Part shown: in pieces, positions 1-10,920 of the stretch
How positions within the stretch are numbered: the stretch's first letter is position 1
Layout of the letters: each line of letters starts with the position of its first letter
Source of the DNA: Octopus sinensis
Lineage: Eukaryota
Reading direction: 5' to 3'
Length of the DNA stretch: 64,000 nucleotides
NCBI RefSeq assembly: GCF_006345805.1
Contig: NC_043002.1
Coordinates: forward strand, 99,386,001-99,450,000
Notes under the pieces: generated by a model
Told to the model about the DNA's origin: nothing
What the model saw: only the letters and a program-made list of their open reading frames with translations
The model's database searches: none
Made by a program: the position numbers and the translations under genes

Positions 1-227
1 TTTTTTTCCGGAAGCGTCTCTGCAGTGGTCTTATATTCTCACATATGTACATACATGTAGGTGTGTATGTGTGTGTGTGTGTTAATGTATATATGTATGC
101 AAGGTATGTATAAATGCGTATACAGGAGCGATAATACATACAGATACACGTATATATGGGTGTGCATGTGTACATATACACATGAGGACGTGTTGTATAT
201 GTAGATATTTATATGTATACACATCTG

Positions 228-280
<53 letters not shown>

Positions 281-300
281 ATATATATGTATATATATTA

Positions 301-505
301 AGTATAGGAAAGAATGGAGCTGAACGAAGATTTAATAAAATTCCTTTATTTTATTTTCGACATATGTTTCGAAGTCTGCAAAATCCCTAATTCCGAATGA
401 ATAAGGAGTCCATTATGCAGCTTTCTCTTCAGGAAAATCCAGGAACTTATTTAGCCAACAAAATGCACAACAAGATAAGATAATTCATTTGTCTACTTAA
501 ATACC
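301..505 (-). mobile_element. Penelope-like terminal-repeat (pLTR) fragment embedded in (TA)n
   Basis: Short unique segment between TA microsatellites that carries a hammerhead motif. Its tail ATGGAGCTGAACG (+ strand) recurs near 13176. Confidence 0.6.
353..438 (-). ncRNA. Minimal type I hammerhead ribozyme
   Basis: Minus strand reads ATTTTC-CTGAAGA-[G...C long stem II]-GAAA-C-ATAT-G-TC-GAAAAT. Stem I is 6 perfect bp, the core is intact, loop III is palindromic (CATATG) and the cleavage triplet is GUC. Confidence 0.85.
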
Positions 506-537
<32 letters not shown>

Positions 538-584
538 ATAATATATATATATATATACATGTCTAATATATACATATGTATACA

Positions 585-1340
585 TCTTCACATGTATATT
601 TTCTTCTCCTACAAAGCACTGACCTGTCCAACCACCTAATCTATATTCCCCAATTCTTCATTCCATACTACTACCCCTCTCTGTGTCCCATCACTTAGAT
701 TCTATTTTACTTTTTATACCTCTCTCTCTCATTCCGTCTATCTTTTTACACTCTAATACCTTTCTCTATCATCCACATCTCCCCATTCCTACTTTCAAAT
801 TACCTTGACTAATCACTAACTGGTACACTTTCCCTTATTATATCTCTCCTTGTTTTTCTTTTTTCTTTCGTTTCTTTATTCCTCTCTTCATGTTTTCTTC
901 TGTTTTTCTTTTTTCTCTTTTCTTTATTCCTCCCTTCCTGTTTTCAATGTAACCTTACAAATACATACCCTACTTTTATGTCACTTTAAATAAAACCCTT
1001 GATTCAGTAGCACTGTACACAATCTCTATACTTAGAATGAAAAATTTTAGATACTATTGGATTTTACTCTCAATGTATTGGAATCATATATGTATACCAT
1101 ATTGCCTACTTAATGGATCTACAAATACAATATCCCTACATACCTCACATCTATCTCCATTCTTCCATTGACTCTCTATTTCGTATCTTATCTAAATTAA
1201 CTATTGCTTAAACATATTCTCACACCCTCTTCGATGAAGGGATATAATAAATATCCTGGAAACAGCTGTAAGACCTTTATAATTGTCCTAAAATCCTCAC
1301 AGCCTTGGTTTTTTTTATCTCATTCTGAAAACAAATTATA
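585..1340 (+). mobile_element. Penelope-like 3' region/pLTR with long pyrimidine-rich tract
   Basis: CT-rich ORF-less segment flanked by (TA)n and ending in a hammerhead-like motif at 1228-1273. Confidence 0.45.
1228..1273 (+). ncRNA. Variant or decayed hammerhead ribozyme motif
   Basis: TCT-TCGATGA-A-GGGATAT-aataa-ATATCCT-G-GAAA-C-AGCT-G-TA-AGA. The core reads UCGAUGA instead of CUGAUGA and stem I is only 3 bp. Confidence 0.5.
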
Positions 1341-1347
1341 TATATGC

Positions 1348-1415
<68 letters not shown>

Positions 1416-1421
1416 TATATA

Positions 1422-1544
1422 CAGGTTGTCCACAAAGTCTGGGTAGATGGCGATTAACACATACTTTAAGAAACTATTATTTCTTATATATAATTCTTAA
1501 TGTAATGATTTTATTTACTCCGTGTAGCCAGACTTTGTGGACAC

Positions 1545-1548
<4 letters not shown>
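1422..1548. mobile_element. Tc1/mariner-type MITE (127 bp)
   Basis: TIRs CAGGTTGTCCACAAAGTCTGG / CCAGACTTTGTGGACACTCTG, inserted in (TA)n, consistent with a TA target duplication. Confidence 0.8.
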
Positions 1549-1583
<35 letters not shown>

Positions 1584-2159
1584 TCGTTTATTTGTATGTA
1601 TATATACATATATATTAGGCCAGAAGTGTGTATACTACATCAATGTTTGCTTGTCAAATCTGCTAAAGACAGTTAGTGATATATCAAACTATGTCATGCA
1701 GTCTTCGAAAGTGAAAGTTACGTTGACATTATAGTGCGCTCTAGCTAAATTGTACAGATTGTTAATAAAAATATACTAATAAAGTATATATTATCTGATT
1801 TCAATAAGGAATTTTCTGTTTGTTTAAATGTTATTTCTTTGCAAATGATAGGAAAGACTCTAGTAGAATCAGAATACATTTAATATAAGATATATTGATT
1901 GATGTCGGATGCTGAACTATGATATTCGTTTATAATTTACCATGTAATATATTTATTTTGTTATTGGCGTCAGGAATCCATTCACCATTATAGAACCGTT
2001 CTTATAGAATCTTATTGGGGCTTTATATTTCGTAATGGGATTAAATTTAAGCACGAGTGTTTGAATTTCGAAATATTTGAGTATATACACATACATCTGT
2101 GTGTATCGATTTGTCTAGACGGACTACATGATTTTGTCAGTAAAATGGTATTTTCCCTC

Positions 2160-2163
2160 TTCC

Positions 2164-2232
<69 letters not shown>

Positions 2233-2338
2233 ATATATATATATAATATATATATATATATTATATATATATATATCATGCTATCTATCTACCTATCTAT
2301 CTACCTATCTATTTGTTTATATATCTATCTATCTATCG

Positions 2339-2381
<43 letters not shown>

Positions 2382-2587
2382 ATTCTATCTATCTACCTAT
2401 CTATCTACCTATCTATTTGTTTATCTATCTATCTACATATCTACATATATACCTATCTATATATCTATCACTCTACGTAAAATCTATCTACCTACCTACC
2501 TACCTACCTACCTGCTTGCCTGTTTGTCTGTCTGTATATATATATATATATTATATATATATATATATTATATATATATGTATTGTG

Positions 2588-2620
<33 letters not shown>
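2160..2620. repeat. (TATC)n/(TA)n/(TACC)n compound microsatellite
   Basis: Direct reading. It explains the YLSI-repeat ORFs. Confidence 0.95.
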
Positions 2621-2627
<7 letters not shown>

Positions 2628-2780
2628 TTGTGTGGATGCAATATGTATCTATGATGTAGGTATTAGAAAACCGATTATAAAAATTTACGTACAAAATCAA
2701 GGAGAAACGAATTTAATTTCTAAATGCATATTTATATACATAAACACAATTTCTGTGTATATTTATTTATAGACAAGTTC

Positions 2781-2816
<36 letters not shown>

Positions 2817-3006
2817 TTGCATACTTATTTCTAAATATGTATATGCATGCATATGTTTTCTTACACACACACATACATATATATCGTGGTACTGCGTCGG
2901 TTACAACGACGAGAGATTCAGCGTGACACAGAGTGCGCCTCCATATATATATATATACAAATATATACAAGAAAACATCTTCCTTGTTCCAGCTACAACG
3001 GAGAGA

Positions 3007-3171
3007 AAGAAAGAAACACAAGTTAGGAGAAGAAAGACAGATGGCCGATAGTCACGTGGGAGACACGGGAGCAAGGGTGGAGAAGGGAGGGAGAGAGAGT
3101 GACAGAATAATATGATAGAATAGTGGTGGAAGAGGATGTAAATGAATAAGAGAGAGAAAAATTCCATGTGA

Positions 3172-3247
<76 letters not shown>

Positions 3248-3425
3248 ACACATGGAATTTTTTCTCTCTTTCTCACTCTTACTAATTTACCTCCTCTTCT
3301 CCCACTATTCTATCCTATTATTCGGTAACTCTCTCTCCCTCCCTCCTCCTCCCTTGCTCACATGGCTCCCACGTGACTATCAGCCATCTGCCTTTGTTTT
3401 CCATTTGTGTCTTTCGTTGTTTGAA
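3007..3425. mobile_element. Old fold-back/MITE with ~180-bp imperfect inverted arms around a (TA)n core
   Basis: About 3007-3185 is the reverse complement of about 3234-3425, e.g. GATAGTCACGTGGGAG / CTCCCACGTGACTATC and AAATTCCATGTG / CACATGGAATTT. Confidence 0.7.
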
Positions 3426-3523
3426 AATATGGTTCATATTCATGCACTCGTACTTTGTATTTTTGGGCTGTACACGTTTTATAACGTCCTATGCCCACAT
3501 ATGCATATATATATATATATACA

Positions 3524-3600
<77 letters not shown>

Positions 3601-3717
3601 GCACACACATATATGTATATAAATTTACATATATGTTTGTGCACATGCATACACGTCGAAGCGCATAAATTATACATACTTTTAAATCCTTACGTGTATC
3701 TAAATAATATATATATG

Positions 3718-3752
<35 letters not shown>

Positions 3753-4592
3753 CTGTGTGTGGTGTGTGTGTGTTTGTGTGTGTGTGTTTGTGTGGGTGTG
3801 TGTGTGATATATGTTGTTCAGAAAAAGTGAAGGAGAAAAGCCACAAATACATAATTAATTAGCTCGTATATTCTTTGTAAATGCATTTTGAAGCATGTTC
3901 ACACAAGATATACTTAACTAATATGTGAAATGATGCATGCGTTTCAAGTTGATACCTGAATCTCTATTAATACTTGAGACCCACTTACTCTGGCAACTTT
4001 TATGAGGTGTATTGGACACATTTAAACAAGCGTTCTATGTCCCTTTTCATCTTGATACTACTCAAAATATCTTAGATCTATTTCTAGTTCAATCATCTGA
4101 TACGTTCGATGGGAACAGAAGCTGACATATACAGCCGTGTGGAAATCAGATTATGCCAATCTCACAATAAGATTATTGGCATTCATTCACTGGTTACAAG
4201 CGAACTGCGAAACTGGATTACTGAATCTCTCCTTTGGAGATGCTTACGTTCGTTTGTACAGCATTCTTTCTTTATGTCAGCAAGTTAAACAGTTTAGTCA
4301 TACGGTAGCTCCTTTTTGATGTGCGTAGCTTTTCTCTGCATGTTGCAGTGTTCATTATAACGGTAAACACGCAATAAATTAACTTCGCTCAATGTCATTT
4401 AGCCATATTCCTTCGATGTGATATATCTTTCCAGCTGTGAAGGATCTTTATTTACACGTACGTACACGCGCACATGCACACGTACAGACACAGATTTTGT
4501 ATATCTATGTATATTCTATTCATCTATACATACATCTGTACATATATGCATGTGTGTGACTGTGTGCGTGTGTATATATATATATAATATAT

Positions 4593-4639
<47 letters not shown>

Positions 4640-5381
4640 GTGTAAGTATATTACGAATATTATATGCATATATATTAAACGTATATCTATTTGTATAATA
4701 TGCACATATACATATATGCAAACATACATATATATGAATATATATATACATAATGCATGCATATTTACATGCCTGTGTGTGTCCGTGTGTTTGTTTGTTT
4801 GTGTGTGCGCGTGCGTGTGTGCGTGTGCGTGTGTGTGTATGCATGTGTGTGTATGTGTGTGTGTGTTTGTGTGCGTCTGTTTGTGTGTGTGTGTCTATGC
4901 TATTGTAATCAAAAATCCGTAAAGCGAACGTGTCTTTTATCTCCAAAGAAATATTATTGCACTTTCTCTAAACAGCACTGATTGTGCTACAAAGATGTTC
5001 ATAGAATTCTATATCTTATTTCTTTCATCACAGAAGCCTGATGTTAATTTGTTTGAATTCCACTAGTAATAAGCATTCACAGTTTTTTAACTCAATTTCC
5101 AGTATTGTCCATATTCTTCCTAACTCCGAAATTATTTAGTTAACTAAATCTATTTAATAACCATTAATAAAAGTGCATATGCTATTACAAAGCCCGCTAT
5201 GTATGATAAAACACTATTCTAAATGTTTTAATGTCGAACATTAACAAATTCCTCTGTCAGTTCTTTACTCGGCAGATACCAGAACAAGTAACACAATAAT
5301 ACGAGAACTTAAGTTCTGTCACCATTCATTGAACAACTTATCTATCACAAAGAAAGCAGCACGAGCCAGCTAGCACAGGAG

Positions 5382-5383
5382 TG

Positions 5384-5438
<55 letters not shown>
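5382..5438. repeat. (GTG)n(GTA)n microsatellite
   Basis: Direct reading. Confidence 0.95.
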
Positions 5439-5684
5439 AGCAATATGTTTTCGCGTTCATGCTAACTGCAGTACAGTAAAAGAAATAAAAATGCGTTAAG
5501 CGCTCCCATATCTTATTCTGTAGTGTCTCGAAAAATAGATTAGATTTCTGATAAACACCACTCATTACGTTCATTAATAAAGCTGCACAATTTAGTCATT
5601 TTTTTTTTTATCTGAGAAATTCTAATTCTTCTAATTTCATTGGTCAATTCAATTACATCGAGCGTATTTTCCAGTCAGAACACC

Positions 5685-5741
<57 letters not shown>

Positions 5742-5743
5742 TG

Positions 5744-5801
<58 letters not shown>

Positions 5802-8535
5802 CGTGCAAGTATGTGTGCATGCATGTGTGTATATATGTGTGTGTGTATTCTTCAACATAGAATTTATCATTTACACACGGAAAATACTACGTATTCATTA
5901 AAACTTTTTACTAAAAGCGTAGCTTTCACCACACCTGCATTCATCACAAACTCTATCACCATCACCATTACGATCTTCTTCTTCGTGAAATATTGATCGG
6001 GAAATTATTCAGCACGCCCTGAGGGTTCAACACTTCTCTGAAAAAGTAGAGGCTGCCAACTAAAAAGAATGAGAGCGTATCTTGGGATTATATGAAGTCG
6101 TGTTGTGATAAATGGAACGGGCCTACAGAGATAGATATCATCAAATGAAACATAGTAAAAGTATAAAGAAAAAAATATAATTATAGAGTGAAAGAAAGAC
6201 AGGCTGAGAGGTTGGGAGAGAGATGGAGACTATTCGGTTTTCTGAGAGGAATAGAAGTTGCTGAAGAGATAACGTATTACTCTTTTAGCTGAAAAATGCA
6301 AAAGTATTTCTATAGTATCGTTTCGTTATACAAGTTAAAATATATTCCTTTATGCTACGTCAAGAACAAATGGCCTTCTAAGATTGATTACCCATCCACA
6401 CACAAATACAATTGTATACATGGTTTATATATATATATATATAGATATATATAAATGAGTTCTAGTCGTTCCACGCTAGATGTGACTCTGCTAATGCATA
6501 TTTTGGAGGAGACACATTGTTTAATAAAGTGAAGCTTTTGTGTAGTCACGGTTTTCCGTAGGCAACTGAATATAGTGTTCTTCAGCGTCTTGCTAGCCTG
6601 GCTAAGGCTCACGTTTTTACGTTTATATATTTGTTTTGCAAGATTCTTGATGTGAAATTGTGTGTTGAAACAGATATTGTTGAATTTAGGGATGGTCATG
6701 TTGCTAGTTGAGCCAATAAAATCACACGCACTATATATTTGGTGTTAATTTGCTTCAGCTTTATTATTTTTTTTAATTAATCCTATTTCGGCCAGAGTTC
6801 TTTCGTCACACTTCTGTGACCTCAGCAGTGGTCCTTTGCTTTCTTCTTTCTTATTTGTGTGTCTTTCCTTATTAATGATCAGCCATTTTGTCTTATATAT
6901 ATGTATATATATATATGCACCTATGTGTGTGATATTTAATTCTCGATACTGTGACTATATCTACTGAATTATAGATCTACGATCTAATCTGCTTTTTAAT
7001 TCTGTGGATATTGAAAGAACAACACATTTAAGAAATAAAGAATTAGAGAGAGTGAAAGAGAAAGAGAAAAACAAACAGAAAATACGTGATCTTTATACAT
7101 TTGTACAAGTTTCATTCTCCATTATTTTTCGCTATTGAAATTAGGTTGCCTGTAAATATTCCCGTATACGACTATGTTTGGGGTTACAATACACATCATC
7201 AGAGACACAATCTAAGCATACGTGCATATACACACATGAACACACGCGAACAGACATACGCATATTAACACAACTGTATTTAATTCTATAATTCTGTTGT
7301 GTTGTGAAGTATCAGTGTAATCAAGGTAGTTAATTGGAATATAACTCAATGTAATTAAATTCTTTTTACGCATCCAGTTGCAGCGATCTTTTAAAATTCA
7401 CTATTCTCTGGACGATGTCTCATTTCACTTTGAATTGAGCATACACACACTATACTATTGTATGCGAGAGTTTGCATATCAGAAACAAACGTGTATGTAT
7501 TTAGCTGAAACTGTGTTTTATTTAATGATGTGTATGTTAACGTATTCAGCATCACATGGCTTTCGTGGATTAAATCGCCCAACGTTTTACATAGTTTACA
7601 ATAAATAATTTTCTTGTCCTTTCAGCACAATGAATATCATTTTTGAGTGAGTCAGAATGATCATATTTTATTTAGAATTTTGGAAATTTTTGAAGAATAT
7701 AGAAAAACTTTCAAAGAAAAATAAAATCAAAACATTGTCAGCAAGGGGAATTTACAAACGAGGTTTTAATTGCATGATTAAATTTAATCATATCTTTTTG
7801 AAGCTAATTTGTTTTATATTCGATTTCTGAGAGTGTGAATGCATACCTCCATCATATACATATTTACAGACACGCACACAAACTCACATACATACATACT
7901 CATACACACGTATATCTGGTAGACATCTTGTTACATAATTATTTGAGAATGTCGCAATACGACAATATATAATTAGAAAAAGAATAGCAAAAAGAAAGTT
8001 TAATTATTTTACATTATATATTTTAACGTATCTTCGTACGACGCTCTCAGCATAGGCGGATAATGGAATGTAATCCTGAGATGTGCAAAGAATTCGAGCG
8101 GGAAGATTTGTGAAGTGTCTTGCTTTGTAGTGATATATTCGACAATTCAAGTGGAAGAAGTATTGTCTGCTACTGACGATCATTTTCAAATTTAAATGAG
8201 AGTGACAACATAAAATGTCAAGATTCTCGATGTTGAGAACTATGGCAATGATTGTAAATGTATTAGCCCAGGTTACGGCAATTTTGGTGATGTTAAATTC
8301 TTCTTGACAAACAGTATAGAACAGGGCGTTTTTAAAAAAGATTTATGCTATTATGTAGGTGGGGTACGGTAACAGCATTTACAACATGTGGGTAACTGGT
8401 GCAATTTAGGTGGTACACTGTGTAAGTCCGTACGGTGAACCTGTCGTTGATGGCTCAGTTTGAGCATAAATTGTTCATCTCCGGGTTTGACTGTTAAATA
8501 GACATTTTATCGCATAGGTCCCAAATATATATATT

Positions 8536-9000
8536 TGCTAGATCACCGGCGATAATAATTAATTTTATTTTATCGCATTTTGACTTTGTTTACGTATTTC
8601 TCGATAAATTTTGAGTGTTAGACAATATACCAGAACCCCCTTAGTTTGTCGGGTACGTTCTGCGTCTGCGCAGTGATCTGAATAGTTAGAGAGAGCAAAT
8701 TAGTAGAGACGCACATGCTTCTATTGATGTGCGCTCCCAGAATAACAGGTATCTTACTGATGAATCTGCCTGAGTAAATAAATTATATTTATTGGTGAAA
8801 AAGACGAAACTGCAGTATAAGATGAACCAAGTTTGTAAACGTTTTTAATTTTCATTTCACTAAATTTATCCAGCTTTTGTGTATCTAGTACACACTTCTT
8901 CTTTTAGAAGCCTTTTAATGTACTTATATATGAATAATATATGGCCTGTGCTAGATCACCGGTGATAATAATTAATTTTATTTTATTGCATTTTGACTTT

Positions 9001-9005
<5 letters not shown>
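8536..9005 (+). mobile_element. 413-bp hammerhead-bearing unit with a partial second copy (Penelope pLTR or non-LTR retrozyme-like)
   Basis: 57-bp direct repeats TGCTAGATCACCGG(C/T)GATAATAATTAATTTTATTTTAT(C/T)GCATTTTGACTTTGTTTA at 8536-8592 and 8949-9005 flank a hammerhead at 8751-8823. Confidence 0.7.
8751..8823 (+). ncRNA. Minimal type I hammerhead ribozyme
   Basis: ATCTTA-CTGATGA-[ATCT...AGAC]-GAAA-C-TGCA-G-TA-TAAGAT. Stem I is 6 perfect bp, loop III is palindromic (CTGCAG), the triplet is GUA, and there is an A.C mismatch at the base of stem II. Confidence 0.8.
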
Positions 9006-9035
<30 letters not shown>

Positions 9036-9365
9036 CAGTCGAGTACCAGATTATCTTCGCAATTTCGGCTGATTATAATCGAGATTGCTCCAATCTGGCC
9101 AGCATCAAGGAAAAACTAAGCTAAGAGCATTAGATTCCTTGGGAGAAAGCAGCAAATGTATACGAAAACATGACCCGTCCCGGTTTTCTTTGTATCGTCT
9201 ATCTGGATGTTTTGTTGTCCCATTTTTGTATCACCTAATAGTCCGGATGTTTTGCGTTCTTGTCCCATTTTGTATGTTATATATATATACATATAGCGGC
9301 GTACGTACGCTATGGTTTCTTATATGTAAGTATACGTTTTTCTAAACCTTGTACGACTGTCTATA

Positions 9366-9918
9366 GGTGTCATTCGACTAAGGACGAATTAAATTAATCT
9401 GGCGTGTGTGGAAATAAAGCTTGACAGCAGGGATACAAGATTTCACAGGAACAGGTAGGAATATCGATGTTGCACGGACGACGGCCGGCCAAGAAAGAAA
9501 GATCAGGCTTGGCCGAACGCGGGTCACGTGGGAAGAGAAGAGAGAGAGAGAGGTAGAGGTAGAGGAACAGAATAATTTGACACTTATTCGATCATTCCAC
9601 TCTTCGTTCTTTCGTTCCCCCTCTCTCACATTTCCTTGTCTTCTCTTCTTGCTCACTTTCTCTCCACTTTTCACTTCACTGCGTCCCTGTCATTTTTCTC
9701 GACCCTCCTTAATTATTCTGTTCCTCTGCCTCTACCTCTCTCTTTTCTCTTCCCACGTGACCCGCGTTCGGCCAAGCCTGATCTTTTATTCTTGGCCGGC
9801 CGTCGTCCGTGCAACATCGATATTCCTCCCTGTTCCTGTGAAATCTTGTATTCCTGCTGTAAAGCTTTATTTCCACACACGCCAGATTAATTTAATTCGT
9901 CCTTAGTCGAATGACACC
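9366..9918. mobile_element. MITE, 553 bp, with ~210-bp near-perfect TIRs and TA target-site duplication
   Basis: TA|GGTGTCATTCGACTAAGG...CCTTAGTCGAATGACACC|TA. The arms are 9366-9577 and 9711-9918. Confidence 0.92.
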
Positions 9919-9968
9919 TATTGTTATGTCCTATTACACAAATGCAATAAAAATAATAATAACAGAGT

Positions 9969-9994
9969 GCCACTGCCTGGTACTGCATCAGGGC

Positions 9995-9998
<4 letters not shown>
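9969..9998 (-). mobile_element. 5'-terminal 30 bp of the (TAA)n-associated ORF-less element
   Basis: GCCACTGCCTGGTACTGCATCAGGGCATTT nearly matches the end of the copy at 19398-19960 and abuts (ATT)n. Confidence 0.7.
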
Positions 9999-10040
<42 letters not shown>

Positions 10041-10042
<2 letters not shown>

Positions 10043-10859
10043 TTTTTTTTCTTGTTTCAAATTTGCTTCCATTTCTTGCCGAGTGTATTTCTGACTCCTA
10101 GGGCAAAGAAACTAATAGTATACATTGGTAGGCCATTAAACCAAACTCAATAGTTCGTTCATTTTTTTTTTTTTTAAGTTAAATTAAAATACATGAGCAG
10201 CAACAGTTCTCACATCGACAATGCTCTTCTCAATACGTGTGATGTACCAGTTAAGACAATCTTTTGCACTTCTTGCAGGGATGGTAAGCCAGGGATAATT
10301 CTCATATAATTTTCGGTTCCCTTCTTGATCATTCCTAGTGCTCCTACGATCACTGGTATTGTAACCGCCTTGAGATGCCACAGTTTCTCAATTTCAATGA
10401 GTAGGTCTTTATATTTTCTGAGCTTGTCAAACTCTTTCGCTGAGATATTATGGTCACAGGGGATGCTCATGTCGATCAATAAGCAAACTTTATTGTGTTG
10501 GTCTTTCACAACAATATCTGGTTTATTGGCCTTGATGGTTCGGTCTGTATGTACTGGAAAGTCCCACAGAATGGTTACATTTTCTCCTTCAGTTACAGCC
10601 TCAGGGTGGTGATTATACCACTTGTCGGCAGTTTTGATATTGTAATGCCGACTTATTAGCCAGTGGAGATATTGGCCAACTCTGTCATGTCTTAATTTAT
10701 ACTTCACTGGTGCTAAGACTTTACATCCAGAGATTAGGTGGTCCACTGTTTCAATCATGTTGCAGAATCGGCATTTTGGGTCTGCTCCATTTTTCATCAT
10801 ATTGGCCTGGTAGTTCCGGGTTATTTTGGGTCTGCTCCATTTTTCATCACATTGGCCTG

Positions 10860-10862
<3 letters not shown>
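10041..10862 (-). mobile_element. 5'-truncated R4/Dong-clade non-LTR retrotransposon
   Basis: The ORF has a CCHC knuckle (CRFCNMIETVDHLISGC), RHD, and KPDIVV...LLIDMSIP restriction-like endonuclease motifs. (ATT)n tracts flank both ends. Confidence 0.9.
10210..10860 (-). pseudogene. C-terminal zinc knuckle plus restriction-like endonuclease of an R4/Dong ORF (uninterrupted but 5'-truncated)
   Basis: ORF track 10210..10935; the N-terminal poly-M/poly-I part is microsatellite. Confidence 0.85.

Positions 10863-10920
<58 letters not shown>

Noticed and set aside
39-5996. Dozens of ORFs rich in YI, CV, HT and YLSI repeats
   Set aside because: They are translations of (TA)n, (TG)n, (CA)n and (TATC)n microsatellites, which lack stops in some frames. 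The same applies to similar ORFs throughout the window.
5870-6010. Minus-strand peptide FHEEEDRNGDGDRVCDECRCGESY as an exon
   Set aside because: An in-frame TGA lies upstream with no acceptor in between, and the segment is built partly of short GAT/GGT repeats.
6388-6699. 103-aa ORF MTIPKFNNICF...
   Set aside because: No recognisable motif or splice signals, and the C-terminus runs into a TA repeat.
9040-9120. Hammerhead-like TTGATG...CAGCCGAAAT on the minus strand
   Set aside because: Too many core mismatches and no stem I pairing. Left as an unclassified TA-embedded repeat.
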